The notes: generated by a model not told the origin, from the sequence alone. Shown: positions 27,201 through 36,051, counted from the stretch's first letter. The stretch: DNA of 61,943 bases from an uncultured Gammaproteobacteria bacterium (GCA_964406935.1 CAYOTM010000003.1:1-61943), one strand, 5' to 3'. Numbers and translations are program-made.

Positions 27201-30126
27201 TTGTTTTGATGCCAAAACTAGTGCTTGTCGCGGAGGTAGCGGTCAAATAATTAGCAGTGATCCGAGTGATCCTAATTTTGGTTCTTGTGCTTATTATGAT
27301 TGCGATGCAGCTGATCCTGGAACTTGCGCGATTGATGCGCCGACCCCAACTGGTGATTATTTTAGTCAAGCAGCTTGTGAATCAGGTTGTCCTAGTAATT
27401 ATAGTGAAGCTTTTTGTAATCAATTTTCTTATGATAAAATTTCTTGTGATAATTATAGCTTCTGTTGTTATAATTTTGCCACGGAAGTTTGTAGTAAAAA
27501 TGATCCAATAGTGGGTGGTGATGATAATGGTTATTGTCCTTTTTATAACTGTCAAACAGCTGAACCAACTTTATGTGATGCTAACCCACTTTTAGAAGGG
27601 ACTTATAATAGTCTTTCAGCTTGTGATCTTGGTTGTGCTAGTTCTAGCGGTTTAGGATTAAGTTGTTTTAATCGCAAAAGTTTAACTTGCCAGGCCAGTT
27701 TATGTGGTTTTCCTTTTTCTTGCTTACAAGAAGATGGTTCGACTATTACTAGCTTAGATACACCACCAGATTGTGGAACTTGTTGTTGTAGTATGGCTGA
27801 TCCAATTGCTTCTTGTAATTTAGGAATTCCAAATACCTCTTTAGTTTGTCAGCCTAATCAATCTCCTTGTACTGGTGATAATCGAGGTCTGTGTTGTGGC
27901 TGCACCCAGGACGCGGATTGTGGAGACGAGGCATTCTTAGGTTGTGGTTATGACACATGTTGTCGAGCTCGACCATCTGTTTTATCTGATCAGGTGCTTC
28001 CACCTACTGGGGCGGTTAATGTTTGTCGTAATGCGATGTTAACTATTCCTTTTGATCAGAGAATGGACGCCGGTTCTTTTGGCGGTAATGTAATGTTATT
28101 AGAAGAACACGATAGTGGTCCTTGTCCAACTGGCACTTTTATTTTTACAGAAAATTTACCTCAAAAATCTAATTTCTTAACTCGCTTCTTGGTCCAAGTT
28201 AAATCTTTATGGAATCGTTATTTTTATAGCCCCGCTTTAGATACTGCTTTAGCTTTAACACCTGATAGTAGCAAATTATATTGTTTAGTCCCTGGAGTAG
28301 CTCAGTATGAAAATTTAGTTGACTCCAGTATTTTATATTATTATCCTCGTCGTTTATTTAAAGATAATACTAATTATTTCTTTATTGTTAAGGGCTATGA
28401 GTCGGCTGAAAATCAATCTTTAGGCGTACTTAGTTATTGGGGAATAGCGATGAATGGACCAGGGCTATTAGTTAATGGTTCATTTGTTCCTAGTGATAGT
28501 TATCAATTTAATCAAGTTACTTATTCTAAAGCTTATATTACTTCTTTTAAGACGATGTCTGATCAAGCAACTAACTCTGGTGTTTGTACGGTTGATTATG
28601 CCTCGGTTACGCCCCCTTCCTATTTATTTAATACTTCAGAAAATGATTTAAACGAAAATGATGCCAATCCTGGTGATTCTACTTTTGATACGGTGCGAAA
28701 TAAAGATAAATTATTTACAGCTAAGGCTTATAGTTTTGATGGGCAAGCAATTACTCCAACTACGGGTTATTATTGGGAGTGGGATTTTGAATTAGAAAAA
28801 ACTGGTGTGGCCGATATTGATCCAGTGGTTGGCTTAAAAAATAATCAAGCGTTTCTTTCCGTGATTGACGGCGTTCAAGATGATAGCACTTTTTTACGGG
28901 CGACTGTTAAGATGGATCGTTTCAGCGTTGGTTCCGCTTGTAATTCTGCCAGCAGTTGTGTTTGTGATAGTTTAAATAACTGTTCTAGTAATTGTTGTAA
29001 CTTTGACTTTACTGGTGATGGTACAATTGCCCGCTCTAATATTAATGTTTTTATTTGTCGTAATCCCTGGCCAGCGGTTAATCCTGATTATTCCTGGAGC
29101 CCTTGGGTGGATCTTTATAATTATAAATTTTATTATTGTCGAGATGATGGTGGGCCAACCTTAGCTGATGATTTGCCAGCCATTATTGATCCGGCTGTTA
29201 TTCAAGGAGCTAGTAATTCAATTTGTAGTGTCAGCGGGGCTAGTTGTAGTAATTTAGGAGGGCCTTGTGGTCCTGATAATTCAGGGATATGTATTTGGAA
29301 CGTTTTGAGAGAATCATATTTTTTCCGGCAAACAACGCCGAGCGCTGGTCAAATTACTGAGGCTATTAATCAGGCGGTCGGTAATACAATTTTATTAAAG
29401 TGGGAAGGGAATTCTGATTTAATTTATAATTCTAACCCAGCTTTTATGGGAACCTATCGGATTTACTATTCTCAAGCTAATGCTGGAAGTTTTTCTTATA
29501 TTGAAATTAAACCAAGTGATCCAGTTGATCCTGACAGCGGCTTAAGCACTCAAGCTTGCACCCCAGTTAATCCTAGCGCTGGTCAAAACTATACTTGTCA
29601 GAGAATAGTTAGAGACTTAGAGAATAATAAAAGCTATATTTTTAGAGTATCAGCAGTTTCTCGAACTAAAACTGAAACTTTTTTTCGTAATCAAAAAACT
29701 GTGACTCCAACTGATCAAGTGCCCCCAAGCGTGCCTAGCGGTTGTAGCTTTTCATTAATAACTAATGATAATACTATTAAATTTACCTGCTCTATCGTTT
29801 CTGCTGATACTAAAACTTTACGCTTATACCATGGAGTATCACCAAATTTATACGGGCAATCGTTTGATTTCGCGGTTGATGAAGTGCCGTTTTCAGTATC
29901 AGTAGATGCATTCTTATTTAAAGAAGGAACTAATTATTTTACAGTTTCAGCTTTAGATGGGGCAGGCAATGAAAGTGCTAAGTCAAATATGATGAATGCC
30001 ACCATTCAATTTTTTCAATGTTATTGTGAAGGGGGCGAGGAATGTCAAACTTGTGGTCAATTTAATAATATATCAACTTGTGAAAATAATGACGATTCTT
30101 ACAGCTGTGTTTGGTCGACCCAGTAA
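24253..30126 (+). CDS. giant surface protein B: pilin module + IPT/TIG repeats + large Cys-rich region + FN3 domains
   Basis: 1957 aa. Same N-terminal module as protein A. At least four IPT/TIG-like units (ITIFGLNFGD, ITIYGSGFGD, VKLWGEYFGQ). A Cys-rich block spans about 650 aa, and I hand-count roughly 100 or more Cys overall. C-terminal FN3-like units (YRIYYSQ...YIFRVSAVS). Confidence 0.75.
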   Translation: MKRPNYFYLIFFSLLLGALTLFLVNTSALAQVSDVYGLDSPPVTGMETADDLDLKDAISRAISFVLGFLGLIAVVVVMYAGFLWMTSGGAVERIDRAKRMLKNGLIGLLIIIFSWAIVTLVINTAINFPGIGSGVVCQDGDTKPCGCGGVRYCFDGAWGVCEGSDCSTLPPGTGGSSCDANPLTPECDIDNDACDPSWYCDGASCTCKALGSIGSPCSSDPLGSCVPDNNLCGQYLTCSDACVCEGGPVILDIIPVGGFCSNNINTPCLSNDDCGAGTCDTTTPNGAIDNFITIFGLNFGDYQSGVSQVLFFNNSLPGGVPGNLPSDINPTCSNHWTDTQIIIAIPAGVDLGPIVVKTADGQEDSSNAGPGPVLVDFQPNNIARPGLCEIDPQSGVADDLINYQGINLFNGEAYFGSYTQNIKAADSNFNDSQGITGSASVPYIGAGQASTFVAGTIAGFLQKSNYLYFTKNQEPQATPFISSFEPSQGTIGQYITIYGSGFGDFKGNSSVYLGGNEVNYTFPEVCANSVWDNNKIIVKVPEGIANGDYTINLNIGSLTISSEQLNPDKFTVNTSLPLPPSLCRVSPIRGQADYSVKLWGEYFGQTNSSAQAVFHVNKLFLGLIQKDGTADLLEAKVPVGAITGPLKVVNTSNLLASNNFNFEIGPCQTDADCGLDICCPAGTFKANRCETTLNDCSLDIPSSVFEWSFSTGFSGDGGNGVGTDSCEGLAHLLGACQVDEFCPNSPGLCSISPFGQAISSCDSSCNSISDCVGNQCTFVSSLDKCNLNGSTCSADQPFTYELGGGTYETTRSCQLFSGQGHWYIPIKTSCPSGWINIGYGCRSIENCNACIAGFSCADLGSGGTCVSSKLCSASATCVNDECLRNQSFCECCCEIGQSESDCCYPLQCEGTCGSDLADDGVGLGRCSGCTTYVGGVIDQALSNSACNCPGFSGKYCDTNIGSGVCVDCSNLGEDDCRANSDQCCFDAKTSACRGGSGQIISSDPSDPNFGSCAYYDCDAADPGTCAIDAPTPTGDYFSQAACESGCPSNYSEAFCNQFSYDKISCDNYSFCCYNFATEVCSKNDPIVGGDDNGYCPFYNCQTAEPTLCDANPLLEGTYNSLSACDLGCASSSGLGLSCFNRKSLTCQASLCGFPFSCLQEDGSTITSLDTPPDCGTCCCSMADPIASCNLGIPNTSLVCQPNQSPCTGDNRGLCCGCTQDADCGDEAFLGCGYDTCCRARPSVLSDQVLPPTGAVNVCRNAMLTIPFDQRMDAGSFGGNVMLLEEHDSGPCPTGTFIFTENLPQKSNFLTRFLVQVKSLWNRYFYSPALDTALALTPDSSKLYCLVPGVAQYENLVDSSILYYYPRRLFKDNTNYFFIVKGYESAENQSLGVLSYWGIAMNGPGLLVNGSFVPSDSYQFNQVTYSKAYITSFKTMSDQATNSGVCTVDYASVTPPSYLFNTSENDLNENDANPGDSTFDTVRNKDKLFTAKAYSFDGQAITPTTGYYWEWDFELEKTGVADIDPVVGLKNNQAFLSVIDGVQDDSTFLRATVKMDRFSVGSACNSASSCVCDSLNNCSSNCCNFDFTGDGTIARSNINVFICRNPWPAVNPDYSWSPWVDLYNYKFYYCRDDGGPTLADDLPAIIDPAVIQGASNSICSVSGASCSNLGGPCGPDNSGICIWNVLRESYFFRQTTPSAGQITEAINQAVGNTILLKWEGNSDLIYNSNPAFMGTYRIYYSQANAGSFSYIEIKPSDPVDPDSGLSTQACTPVNPSAGQNYTCQRIVRDLENNKSYIFRVSAVSRTKTETFFRNQKTVTPTDQVPPSVPSGCSFSLITNDNTIKFTCSIVSADTKTLRLYHGVSPNLYGQSFDFAVDEVPFSVSVDAFLFKEGTNYFTVSALDGAGNESAKSNMMNATIQFFQCYCEGGEECQTCGQFNNISTCENNDDSYSCVWSTQ
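24343..24614 (+). repeat. copy 2 of the duplicated pilin-module coding repeat
   Basis: See 21651-21920. My hand alignment of the encoded peptides gives about 74 identical residues out of 96. Similarity stops abruptly after the second helix. Confidence 0.85.
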
Positions 30127-30187
30127 TAAACTAGTCGCTTGTTAATTGTTTCTAGTGAATCAACCTTAAATAATTTATTATATTTGT

Positions 30188-33100
30188 ATGTTTAAAAAAC
30201 TATCATTTAGACTAGCTACTTATTTAGCAGCTTTTGTTATTATTAGTCTAATTGTTTTTTTAGAATTTAAAAGCATTGAAGCTCAAACCCCTCCAGCAAT
30301 TCCTATGGCGACTGATGAGCGAGACGCCATCGCGGTGCGTGTATTGCCTAATCCAAACAATTATAGCGTTACTTACTGGTATAATAGTCAAGGATTTTCT
30401 GGCTCTCCCCAGTCTTTAGTGGTTGATGGCTATCAGGCTATTCGTGATGGTCGCACTATTTATGTTAATGCCGCTAACATCGCTGGCAATAATTTATATA
30501 CTAATATTTATTTAATTTCTCACAATCAAGATCCTGATACAAAAACCATTGATATTTTAGGAAGAATTATTAATCATTGGAAATTCAACAGCAATTTAAC
30601 TGACGCTGGAAAATGTTCAATCGCTACTAAATATTGTCAATCTAATAATGATTGTGACGACGGAACGGTTTGTCAAGAAATTGGTGATTCACTTTCAATG
30701 TGTCGAGATGCCAAGCAAATTAGTTGTTTAACTGATGCTGAGTGTCCCGGTGGTTTATTTTGTGATAGTGTTAAAGCTAAAGTTACTCGTGATGTTCAAC
30801 GTTTAGGTGCTTTAAGCGATATTAGGGCGTCCCTTACTAGATATCAATCAGCTAACGGTACTTATCCAATTTTAGGAGCGGGCACTTATATTAGTCATAA
30901 TTCTGTTTCTACTTGGCCGAGTTGGCGCAATGTTTTTCTTTCACAGTTAGGATTAAATCCTAATTTAATTGATCCAATTAATATTTTAGGACCCTGTCCT
31001 GATCATGACTTAACTACTTGTTGGAATGAAACAACCGGCACCTTTGCTGATCCGATTAATAATAATCAATTAAATATGCCGGGCGGCAGCTACGCCATCG
31101 CTTATTCTAGTGATCCTAACGGTTCTAATTATTTTCTCTGTTCAGTTTTAGAAAGTCATATGTTAGGTTATAATACTCCCGAGGGTGCCATGTCGAACCA
31201 AGCCTGTGTAACCGGTGGCACTGGTTATACCGGTATTGCTACTGGCAATCAACCACCCCAATTAGTTTCTTATTATCTTCAGGGAGAGTCGGGTCAAGAA
31301 TTTAGTGGATTTTTTCGAGTAATGGATCCTGAAAATAATCCTTTAAGCTGGGTCCTAGATACTGATGCCACTTCTTGGCCCGGTTGGAGTTTAGCCCCAA
31401 CTTTACAAGACACAGGCAATCCCAACCAGAAAAGAGTTTACGCCTCTAGAGCGGGGAATGCTGGTAGTTATCTCGTAACCTTAAAAGTGAGTGATTCTTT
31501 GGGGGCTAACATATCAACCACCGTTCCTATAATTATTGGTAATCCAGCTCCGTTTATTGAAATGAGTGATATTGACTATTATCTAAATCCCATAAATCCT
31601 TTAGAATTTTCTTTTAATATTACTGATAATAATTTAAGTAATACCCCAACCAACGTTTATACCTTATCATCAATTAGTTCGCCTAACATTTTAGTCGATA
31701 GCCTTAAAACTCACAGTTATCTTGGTAATACCCTGACTGTTAATGTCAGCAAGCTAATACCCACTAGTTTAAAATTCTATCAAGATACTGTTTCTAGAGT
31801 AAATATTTTGGCCAGAGACACTATGTTAGCGCAATCTACTTTAGATTTTAAGATTAATTTAAAAATTACTCCGCCTCGCTTAGATTTTGTCTGTCCGCGG
31901 CAAATTAGAGCCGGATCTCAATATTTTTGTTTAATTGGGTCTGATCAGCAAGGTGATTTTAATATTCAATATTCTTCCAATACCCTGCCTAGTAACATTG
32001 CTCTTCATAAATTGCTCGAGACCGAAGAATTAATTGATTATTATAATTATGATTCTTCCAATATTTTTGTTGCTAATAAGAGTGGTTCTTATGTTTCCGA
32101 TTGGATTTTAACTGGTCAAGGCGCTGATAATAAAATTGGCGCTCATAATATTATTATTAAAGCTACTAATAATTATGGAGCGTCGACTACGCGTCAGTTT
32201 GTTTTAAATATTAATAATTATTGTGGCGACGGTGTAAAGCAAACCCCTAATACTGAGGGTCGTGGTGGTTTTTATAATGACGGCAATGAAGATTGTGATG
32301 GTAATTATGGAATCACCACTAATCCAGAAAGTAGTAGTATTAATCAACAATATGCTTGTAGTACCCCGGTTAATTCTAAAGTTATTTTTCCTATTTTAAC
32401 CGGTGATCATTGTATTTTTAAATCACCTTATAATGGGGGCGGCTACTGTGGTGATGGTTTATGTCAAGCAACTTTTGAAAATTCTCTTACGTGTCCTGTA
32501 GATTGTGGTGGCATAGGAATAAATCCACCTGTCTGCGGTAATGGGATAGTAGATGCTAATGAGCAAGATACTAATGAGCAATGCGAAATAATTAATAATC
32601 AAATTAACCCCACCCCCAACTGTGTTGATGTTCCTGGCGCTAATTATAATAGTGGTAGTTTGTTGTGTCAAAATTGTCAATATAATTATAGTGCCTGTAC
32701 CTGTCAACTTGGTTATTATGATTGCGATTATTCTATCGGTTGTGAATCAACTACAGCGTGTCCCACCTGTGTTACTTCTTGTGATGATAAGGCTGGTTTA
32801 GCTGCGGTTAATGATGGCTTGAATTGTGGTTATGATTTAAGTCGAGGGACAAACTGTGGCACTATTGATTGTCCATCTTGTAATCCCAGTCAAGTTTGCG
32901 CTAAAGGTTATCCAGACACTGATTGTTCTATAATTAATTCTACTGACTGTCCCACGCCTGATAATAATAAGGGTTTTTGTACTTTTGATAATGGGTGTAG
33001 CATGGTGGTTGATGCTCCAAATATTTTTGAAAGGGGCAGAATGTTTTGTATGTCTACCCATGACGCAATTACTATTTGTCCTAATACATCAGAAAAACAA

Positions 33101-33439
33101 GTTTATGAGAAGGTTTATAATATTAATAATGTTTGCTATGTTAGTAATAGCGACTGTTCAAATTTTGCTTCTCCCGGTATCCACTACAAAGTTTCTATTA
33201 ATGAGAATAATGGCAATCTTATAAATTATTGGGCGACTTATATGGGCAGCAACTTTGCTGTCAGTAGTTGTTCGGGGGGCTCTGGTGATGTGCCACCACC
33301 ATCAGATTACGAGTGTTGTTGTAAGACCCAGCCTTGTGATCCGAAATGTAACTCATATTTAGATCAACCTACTTGTACGGCCAATAAAGATGAAAACTGC
33401 TCTTGGATTATTTCTGGTAGCGCCCCATGTTATCAATAG
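30188..33439 (+). CDS. giant surface protein C: signal-anchored, Ig/cadherin-like and CGDG/CGNG cysteine-repeat protein
   Basis: 1083 aa with an N-terminal hydrophobic anchor. An Ig-like segment (NQPPQLVSYY...YLVTLKVSDSLGAN). Cys repeats of the YCGDG.. / VCGNG..D..E.CE type. The C-terminal Cys module is shared with protein B. Confidence 0.7.
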   Translation: MFKKLSFRLATYLAAFVIISLIVFLEFKSIEAQTPPAIPMATDERDAIAVRVLPNPNNYSVTYWYNSQGFSGSPQSLVVDGYQAIRDGRTIYVNAANIAGNNLYTNIYLISHNQDPDTKTIDILGRIINHWKFNSNLTDAGKCSIATKYCQSNNDCDDGTVCQEIGDSLSMCRDAKQISCLTDAECPGGLFCDSVKAKVTRDVQRLGALSDIRASLTRYQSANGTYPILGAGTYISHNSVSTWPSWRNVFLSQLGLNPNLIDPINILGPCPDHDLTTCWNETTGTFADPINNNQLNMPGGSYAIAYSSDPNGSNYFLCSVLESHMLGYNTPEGAMSNQACVTGGTGYTGIATGNQPPQLVSYYLQGESGQEFSGFFRVMDPENNPLSWVLDTDATSWPGWSLAPTLQDTGNPNQKRVYASRAGNAGSYLVTLKVSDSLGANISTTVPIIIGNPAPFIEMSDIDYYLNPINPLEFSFNITDNNLSNTPTNVYTLSSISSPNILVDSLKTHSYLGNTLTVNVSKLIPTSLKFYQDTVSRVNILARDTMLAQSTLDFKINLKITPPRLDFVCPRQIRAGSQYFCLIGSDQQGDFNIQYSSNTLPSNIALHKLLETEELIDYYNYDSSNIFVANKSGSYVSDWILTGQGADNKIGAHNIIIKATNNYGASTTRQFVLNINNYCGDGVKQTPNTEGRGGFYNDGNEDCDGNYGITTNPESSSINQQYACSTPVNSKVIFPILTGDHCIFKSPYNGGGYCGDGLCQATFENSLTCPVDCGGIGINPPVCGNGIVDANEQDTNEQCEIINNQINPTPNCVDVPGANYNSGSLLCQNCQYNYSACTCQLGYYDCDYSIGCESTTACPTCVTSCDDKAGLAAVNDGLNCGYDLSRGTNCGTIDCPSCNPSQVCAKGYPDTDCSIINSTDCPTPDNNKGFCTFDNGCSMVVDAPNIFERGRMFCMSTHDAITICPNTSEKQVYEKVYNINNVCYVSNSDCSNFASPGIHYKVSINENNGNLINYWATYMGSNFAVSSCSGGSGDVPPPSDYECCCKTQPCDPKCNSYLDQPTCTANKDENCSWIISGSAPCYQ

Positions 33440-33460
33440 TCAATAAACTAACATAACTCT

Positions 33461-33787
33461 ATGAAATCATTAAATGATCCTCAAACTAAAAAAGTATTTA
33501 TAATTGTTTTAAGTATTGTTTTATTAATCAGTTTAATTTTAATTGTTGTTTTTTTCATCCCTAAAAAATCTTTCGCCCCCCAAATTCCTAGTTCATCGCC
33601 TGGCAGTGAAGAACCAATTATTATCCCCCTAGAATATCTTAGCCCAGAGGAGCTCGATCAATTAGGAGTTGATTCTACTATTCAAGCTCAAATAATCAGT
33701 CGTGATCCACTAATCTATAAGATTATTAATTCCGAAGAAGATATTGTGACCGATATTCGTCCTTTAATGCAGCCCCTTCGGGAATAA
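33461..33787 (+). CDS. small single-pass membrane protein
   Basis: 108 aa, one TM (VFIIVLSIVLLISLILIVVFFI). Starts 21 nt after protein C, on the same strand. Confidence 0.5.
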   Translation: MKSLNDPQTKKVFIIVLSIVLLISLILIVVFFIPKKSFAPQIPSSSPGSEEPIIIPLEYLSPEELDQLGVDSTIQAQIISRDPLIYKIINSEEDIVTDIRPLMQPLRE

Positions 33788-33864
33788 TTTTAATAAATAT
33801 TTAATAAATTTACTTTTAATTTATAAATAATCGTCCCTTTGTTGGCCGAATAATTAAAAAATAT

Positions 33865-34977
33865 ATGTTTGATAATTTATCTAAATCAGAGCAGACTAAA
33901 AAAAATGAAACAGTTGATGATATTTTTGCTGATACCGATCAAGGAGATTTGCCAAATGATGCCACTAAGATGGTCACTCAGCAACCTAATTCTTCAGCTC
34001 CCACTATGAAATCTATGCCTACTATGAAATTATCTTCAGAGGCTGAAAAATTAGATCCGCAAATTGCTAACGACCCCCTAATGGCTGATGAAGAGGAGGT
34101 TAGAGCTGGTGGTTCTAATAAAATAATGAAACCTCTAATTATCGTGTTAATAGTAGTTTTGCTGGCCGGTGGTGCTTATTTTGCTTTAAGATTTTTTGGC
34201 GTCCTTGATCAATTTTCAGAATCAACGCCCGCTACGCCCATCGTGACCGATAGTAATCAAAATTTAGATGATTTTGATGACATATTAGATTCCCCTGAAT
34301 TTATTGACCCCTTTTTATTACTTGACGATGAAGAAGATCTGGAGGATGTGGTTATCTTGCCAGATATTATTGATGAGGATGAATATATTGAACCCTTAGA
34401 TCCAGCCGAAATTAAAATTTCTTGGCGGGATGTTCCCTTGTTAGATAGTGATAACGATGGTTTAAGTGATATTACTGAGGAGTTGATTGGGGCTGATCCT
34501 TTTAGCGCTGATACTGATGGCGATGGCTATAGTGATTATCAAGAGCTAATGAATGGTTATAATCCTTTAGATGAGGGGACTTTGCCCCCTAATTTTTCTG
34601 TGCTAAACTTTACTGACAGTGGTTTATCATTTTTTTATTCACCTACTTGGTCAGTTAATCGTCTAAATGACAATACTTGGCAACTAAAATCACCAATTGA
34701 TCAAACTAGTGTAAAAATTACTCGTGAGCAAAACCAATTGCCAGATATTTTCACTTGGTATGCCTCCACTTTTTCTGACCTTAATCCAGTGACCAGTGAT
34801 CGTTTAGTTTATAATTCGCAATTAGGAGCGGGAATTGTGACAGTTGATGGTTTTAATTTAATGTTTGCCTCAGCTGATAATAACTATATTTTAAGATTAT
34901 TTTTAGAAATTGATAATAATGATATAAACCACAGCGGACCGCTGGCTTTATTTATCAATACATTATCTCAACAATAA
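33865..34977 (+). CDS. single-pass membrane protein with thrombospondin-type-3-like Ca-binding repeats (paralog 1)
   Basis: 370 aa with a TM at IIVLIVVLLAGGAYFAL and an acidic linker. DSDNDGLSDITEE...DTDGDGYSDYQE repeats. The C-terminal ~140-aa domain is shared with the next ORF. Confidence 0.65.
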   Translation: MFDNLSKSEQTKKNETVDDIFADTDQGDLPNDATKMVTQQPNSSAPTMKSMPTMKLSSEAEKLDPQIANDPLMADEEEVRAGGSNKIMKPLIIVLIVVLLAGGAYFALRFFGVLDQFSESTPATPIVTDSNQNLDDFDDILDSPEFIDPFLLLDDEEDLEDVVILPDIIDEDEYIEPLDPAEIKISWRDVPLLDSDNDGLSDITEELIGADPFSADTDGDGYSDYQELMNGYNPLDEGTLPPNFSVLNFTDSGLSFFYSPTWSVNRLNDNTWQLKSPIDQTSVKITREQNQLPDIFTWYASTFSDLNPVTSDRLVYNSQLGAGIVTVDGFNLMFASADNNYILRLFLEIDNNDINHSGPLALFINTLSQQ

Positions 34978-34983
34978 ATTATT

Positions 34984-36009
34984 ATGAAAATAATCAATAG
35001 GAACAAAGAAGAAGCGGAAATAACCAATCAACCACCGATTGAGCCCCAGCCTAATTTAGATCAAGAAATAATTATTCATGTTATGCCCAGTCAATCATCT
35101 TTGAGTGGGGTAACTTATGATAATGAAAGCGTTAAACAGGGAGGCGGACAAACTAGCACCAAAAAAATTGGTTTAGTCATTTTTATTTCCGGAGGATTGA
35201 TTATTATCGCTTTGTTATATTTTGGTTATCGTTACTTAATTGCTCCCTCTTTAGAAATTCCTGATCAGCCGACCTCTCCAATTACTGCCGTTACTCCCCA
35301 GCCAACTCAACCAGTTACCCCCGCTCCTTCTGAAGATCCTATTATTATTGATATTCCTGAAGATCCTATTATTATTGATATTCCTGAAGATTCTGAAGTT
35401 CCGATTATTGAGGAAGACCCCTTTATTAATCCCCCTGAAGAAGATCCCGGAGTTTCTTTGTTGACGGTTTCTTTTGTTGATCGTGATAATGACGGCCTCA
35501 GTGATTTAGCTGAAGAATTTCTTGGGGCCGACCCCCTTAATGCAGATACCGATGGTGACGGCTACCCTGATTTAGAAGAAATTAACAATGATTATAATCC
35601 TTTGGGTGAGGGTCGACTGTCTGAAGATTTTCCAGCTATTAAGTATCAATCTACTAATTTAAGCTTTTTATATCCGCTTGACTGGGAAATTCAAACAATT
35701 GATGATAATGTTTGGTTAATGTCATCACCCGATGGTTCAATGATTCAATTATCTCGTCGTGAAAATGAAAATCAGTTAAATGTCTTTTCTTGGTACGCTA
35801 ATGAGTTTGGCACTTCAGCGCCAATTCCCAGTAATCGAATTTTACAAGCAGGTCTAGGTGTCGGCGTTTTGAGTGAGGACGGCAAAATTGTTTACTTTAC
35901 CTCCCCTGACCTTAATTATATTTTAGTAATTTCTTATTTTGCTACTGATATCGACTTTAATCATTTTGGAGCCTTAGCTTTATTTTTAGACACTTTAAAT
36001 TATCAATAA
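34984..36009 (+). CDS. single-pass membrane protein with thrombospondin-type-3-like Ca-binding repeats (paralog 2)
   Basis: 341 aa with the same architecture: DRDNDGLSDLAEE...DTDGDGYPDLEE, and a C-terminal domain alignable to paralog 1 (LSF.Y...W......DN.W...SP... FSWYA). Confidence 0.65.
   Translation: MKIINRNKEEAEITNQPPIEPQPNLDQEIIIHVMPSQSSLSGVTYDNESVKQGGGQTSTKKIGLVIFISGGLIIIALLYFGYRYLIAPSLEIPDQPTSPITAVTPQPTQPVTPAPSEDPIIIDIPEDPIIIDIPEDSEVPIIEEDPFINPPEEDPGVSLLTVSFVDRDNDGLSDLAEEFLGADPLNADTDGDGYPDLEEINNDYNPLGEGRLSEDFPAIKYQSTNLSFLYPLDWEIQTIDDNVWLMSSPDGSMIQLSRRENENQLNVFSWYANEFGTSAPIPSNRILQAGLGVGVLSEDGKIVYFTSPDLNYILVISYFATDIDFNHFGALALFLDTLNYQ
35332..35391 (+). repeat. perfect 27-bp tandem repeat (2 copies + 6 nt) inside paralog 2
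   Basis: GAAGATCCTATTATTATTGATATTCCT occurs at 35332-35358 and again at 35359-35385, followed by GAAGAT. It encodes EDPIIIDIP twice. Confidence 0.95.
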
Positions 36010-36051
36010 ATATAATTTAAAGAGTTGACGATAAATTAGAGTAATTGATAA

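Noticed and set aside
26795-27511. Cluster of 60-116-aa ORFs on both strands inside giant gene B (26795-27001, 26885-27073, 27019-27369, 27062-27250, 27257-27511)
   Set aside because: All lie inside the 1957-aa ORF in its Cys/Asp/Gly-rich block. The biased codon composition (TGT, GAT, GGT) keeps alternative frames open. Their translations are low-complexity I/L/V or T/R/S strings with no start context.
30188-30300. Protein C as a type IV pilin / pseudopilin, given the nearby pilD and an internal VTRDVQRLGALSDIRASLTRYQSANGTYP segment reminiscent of pilin-like CPR proteins
   Set aside because: The N-terminus lacks the G|F/M-x-x-x-E prepilin cleavage motif. The pilin-like stretch is about 200 aa into the protein. 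The resemblance is too weak to call without a profile search.
21573-33439. Diversity-generating retroelement targeting the giant surface proteins
   Set aside because: DGRs are common in CPR genomes. However, the window contains no reverse-transcriptase-like ORF, and I found no template/variable repeat pair with adenine-specific mismatches.
35332-35391. Possible CRISPR-like or minisatellite array
   Set aside because: There are only two and a fraction contiguous copies with no spacers. The repeat is in frame inside a coding region, and no cas genes lie nearby. I saw no CRISPR array anywhere in the window.
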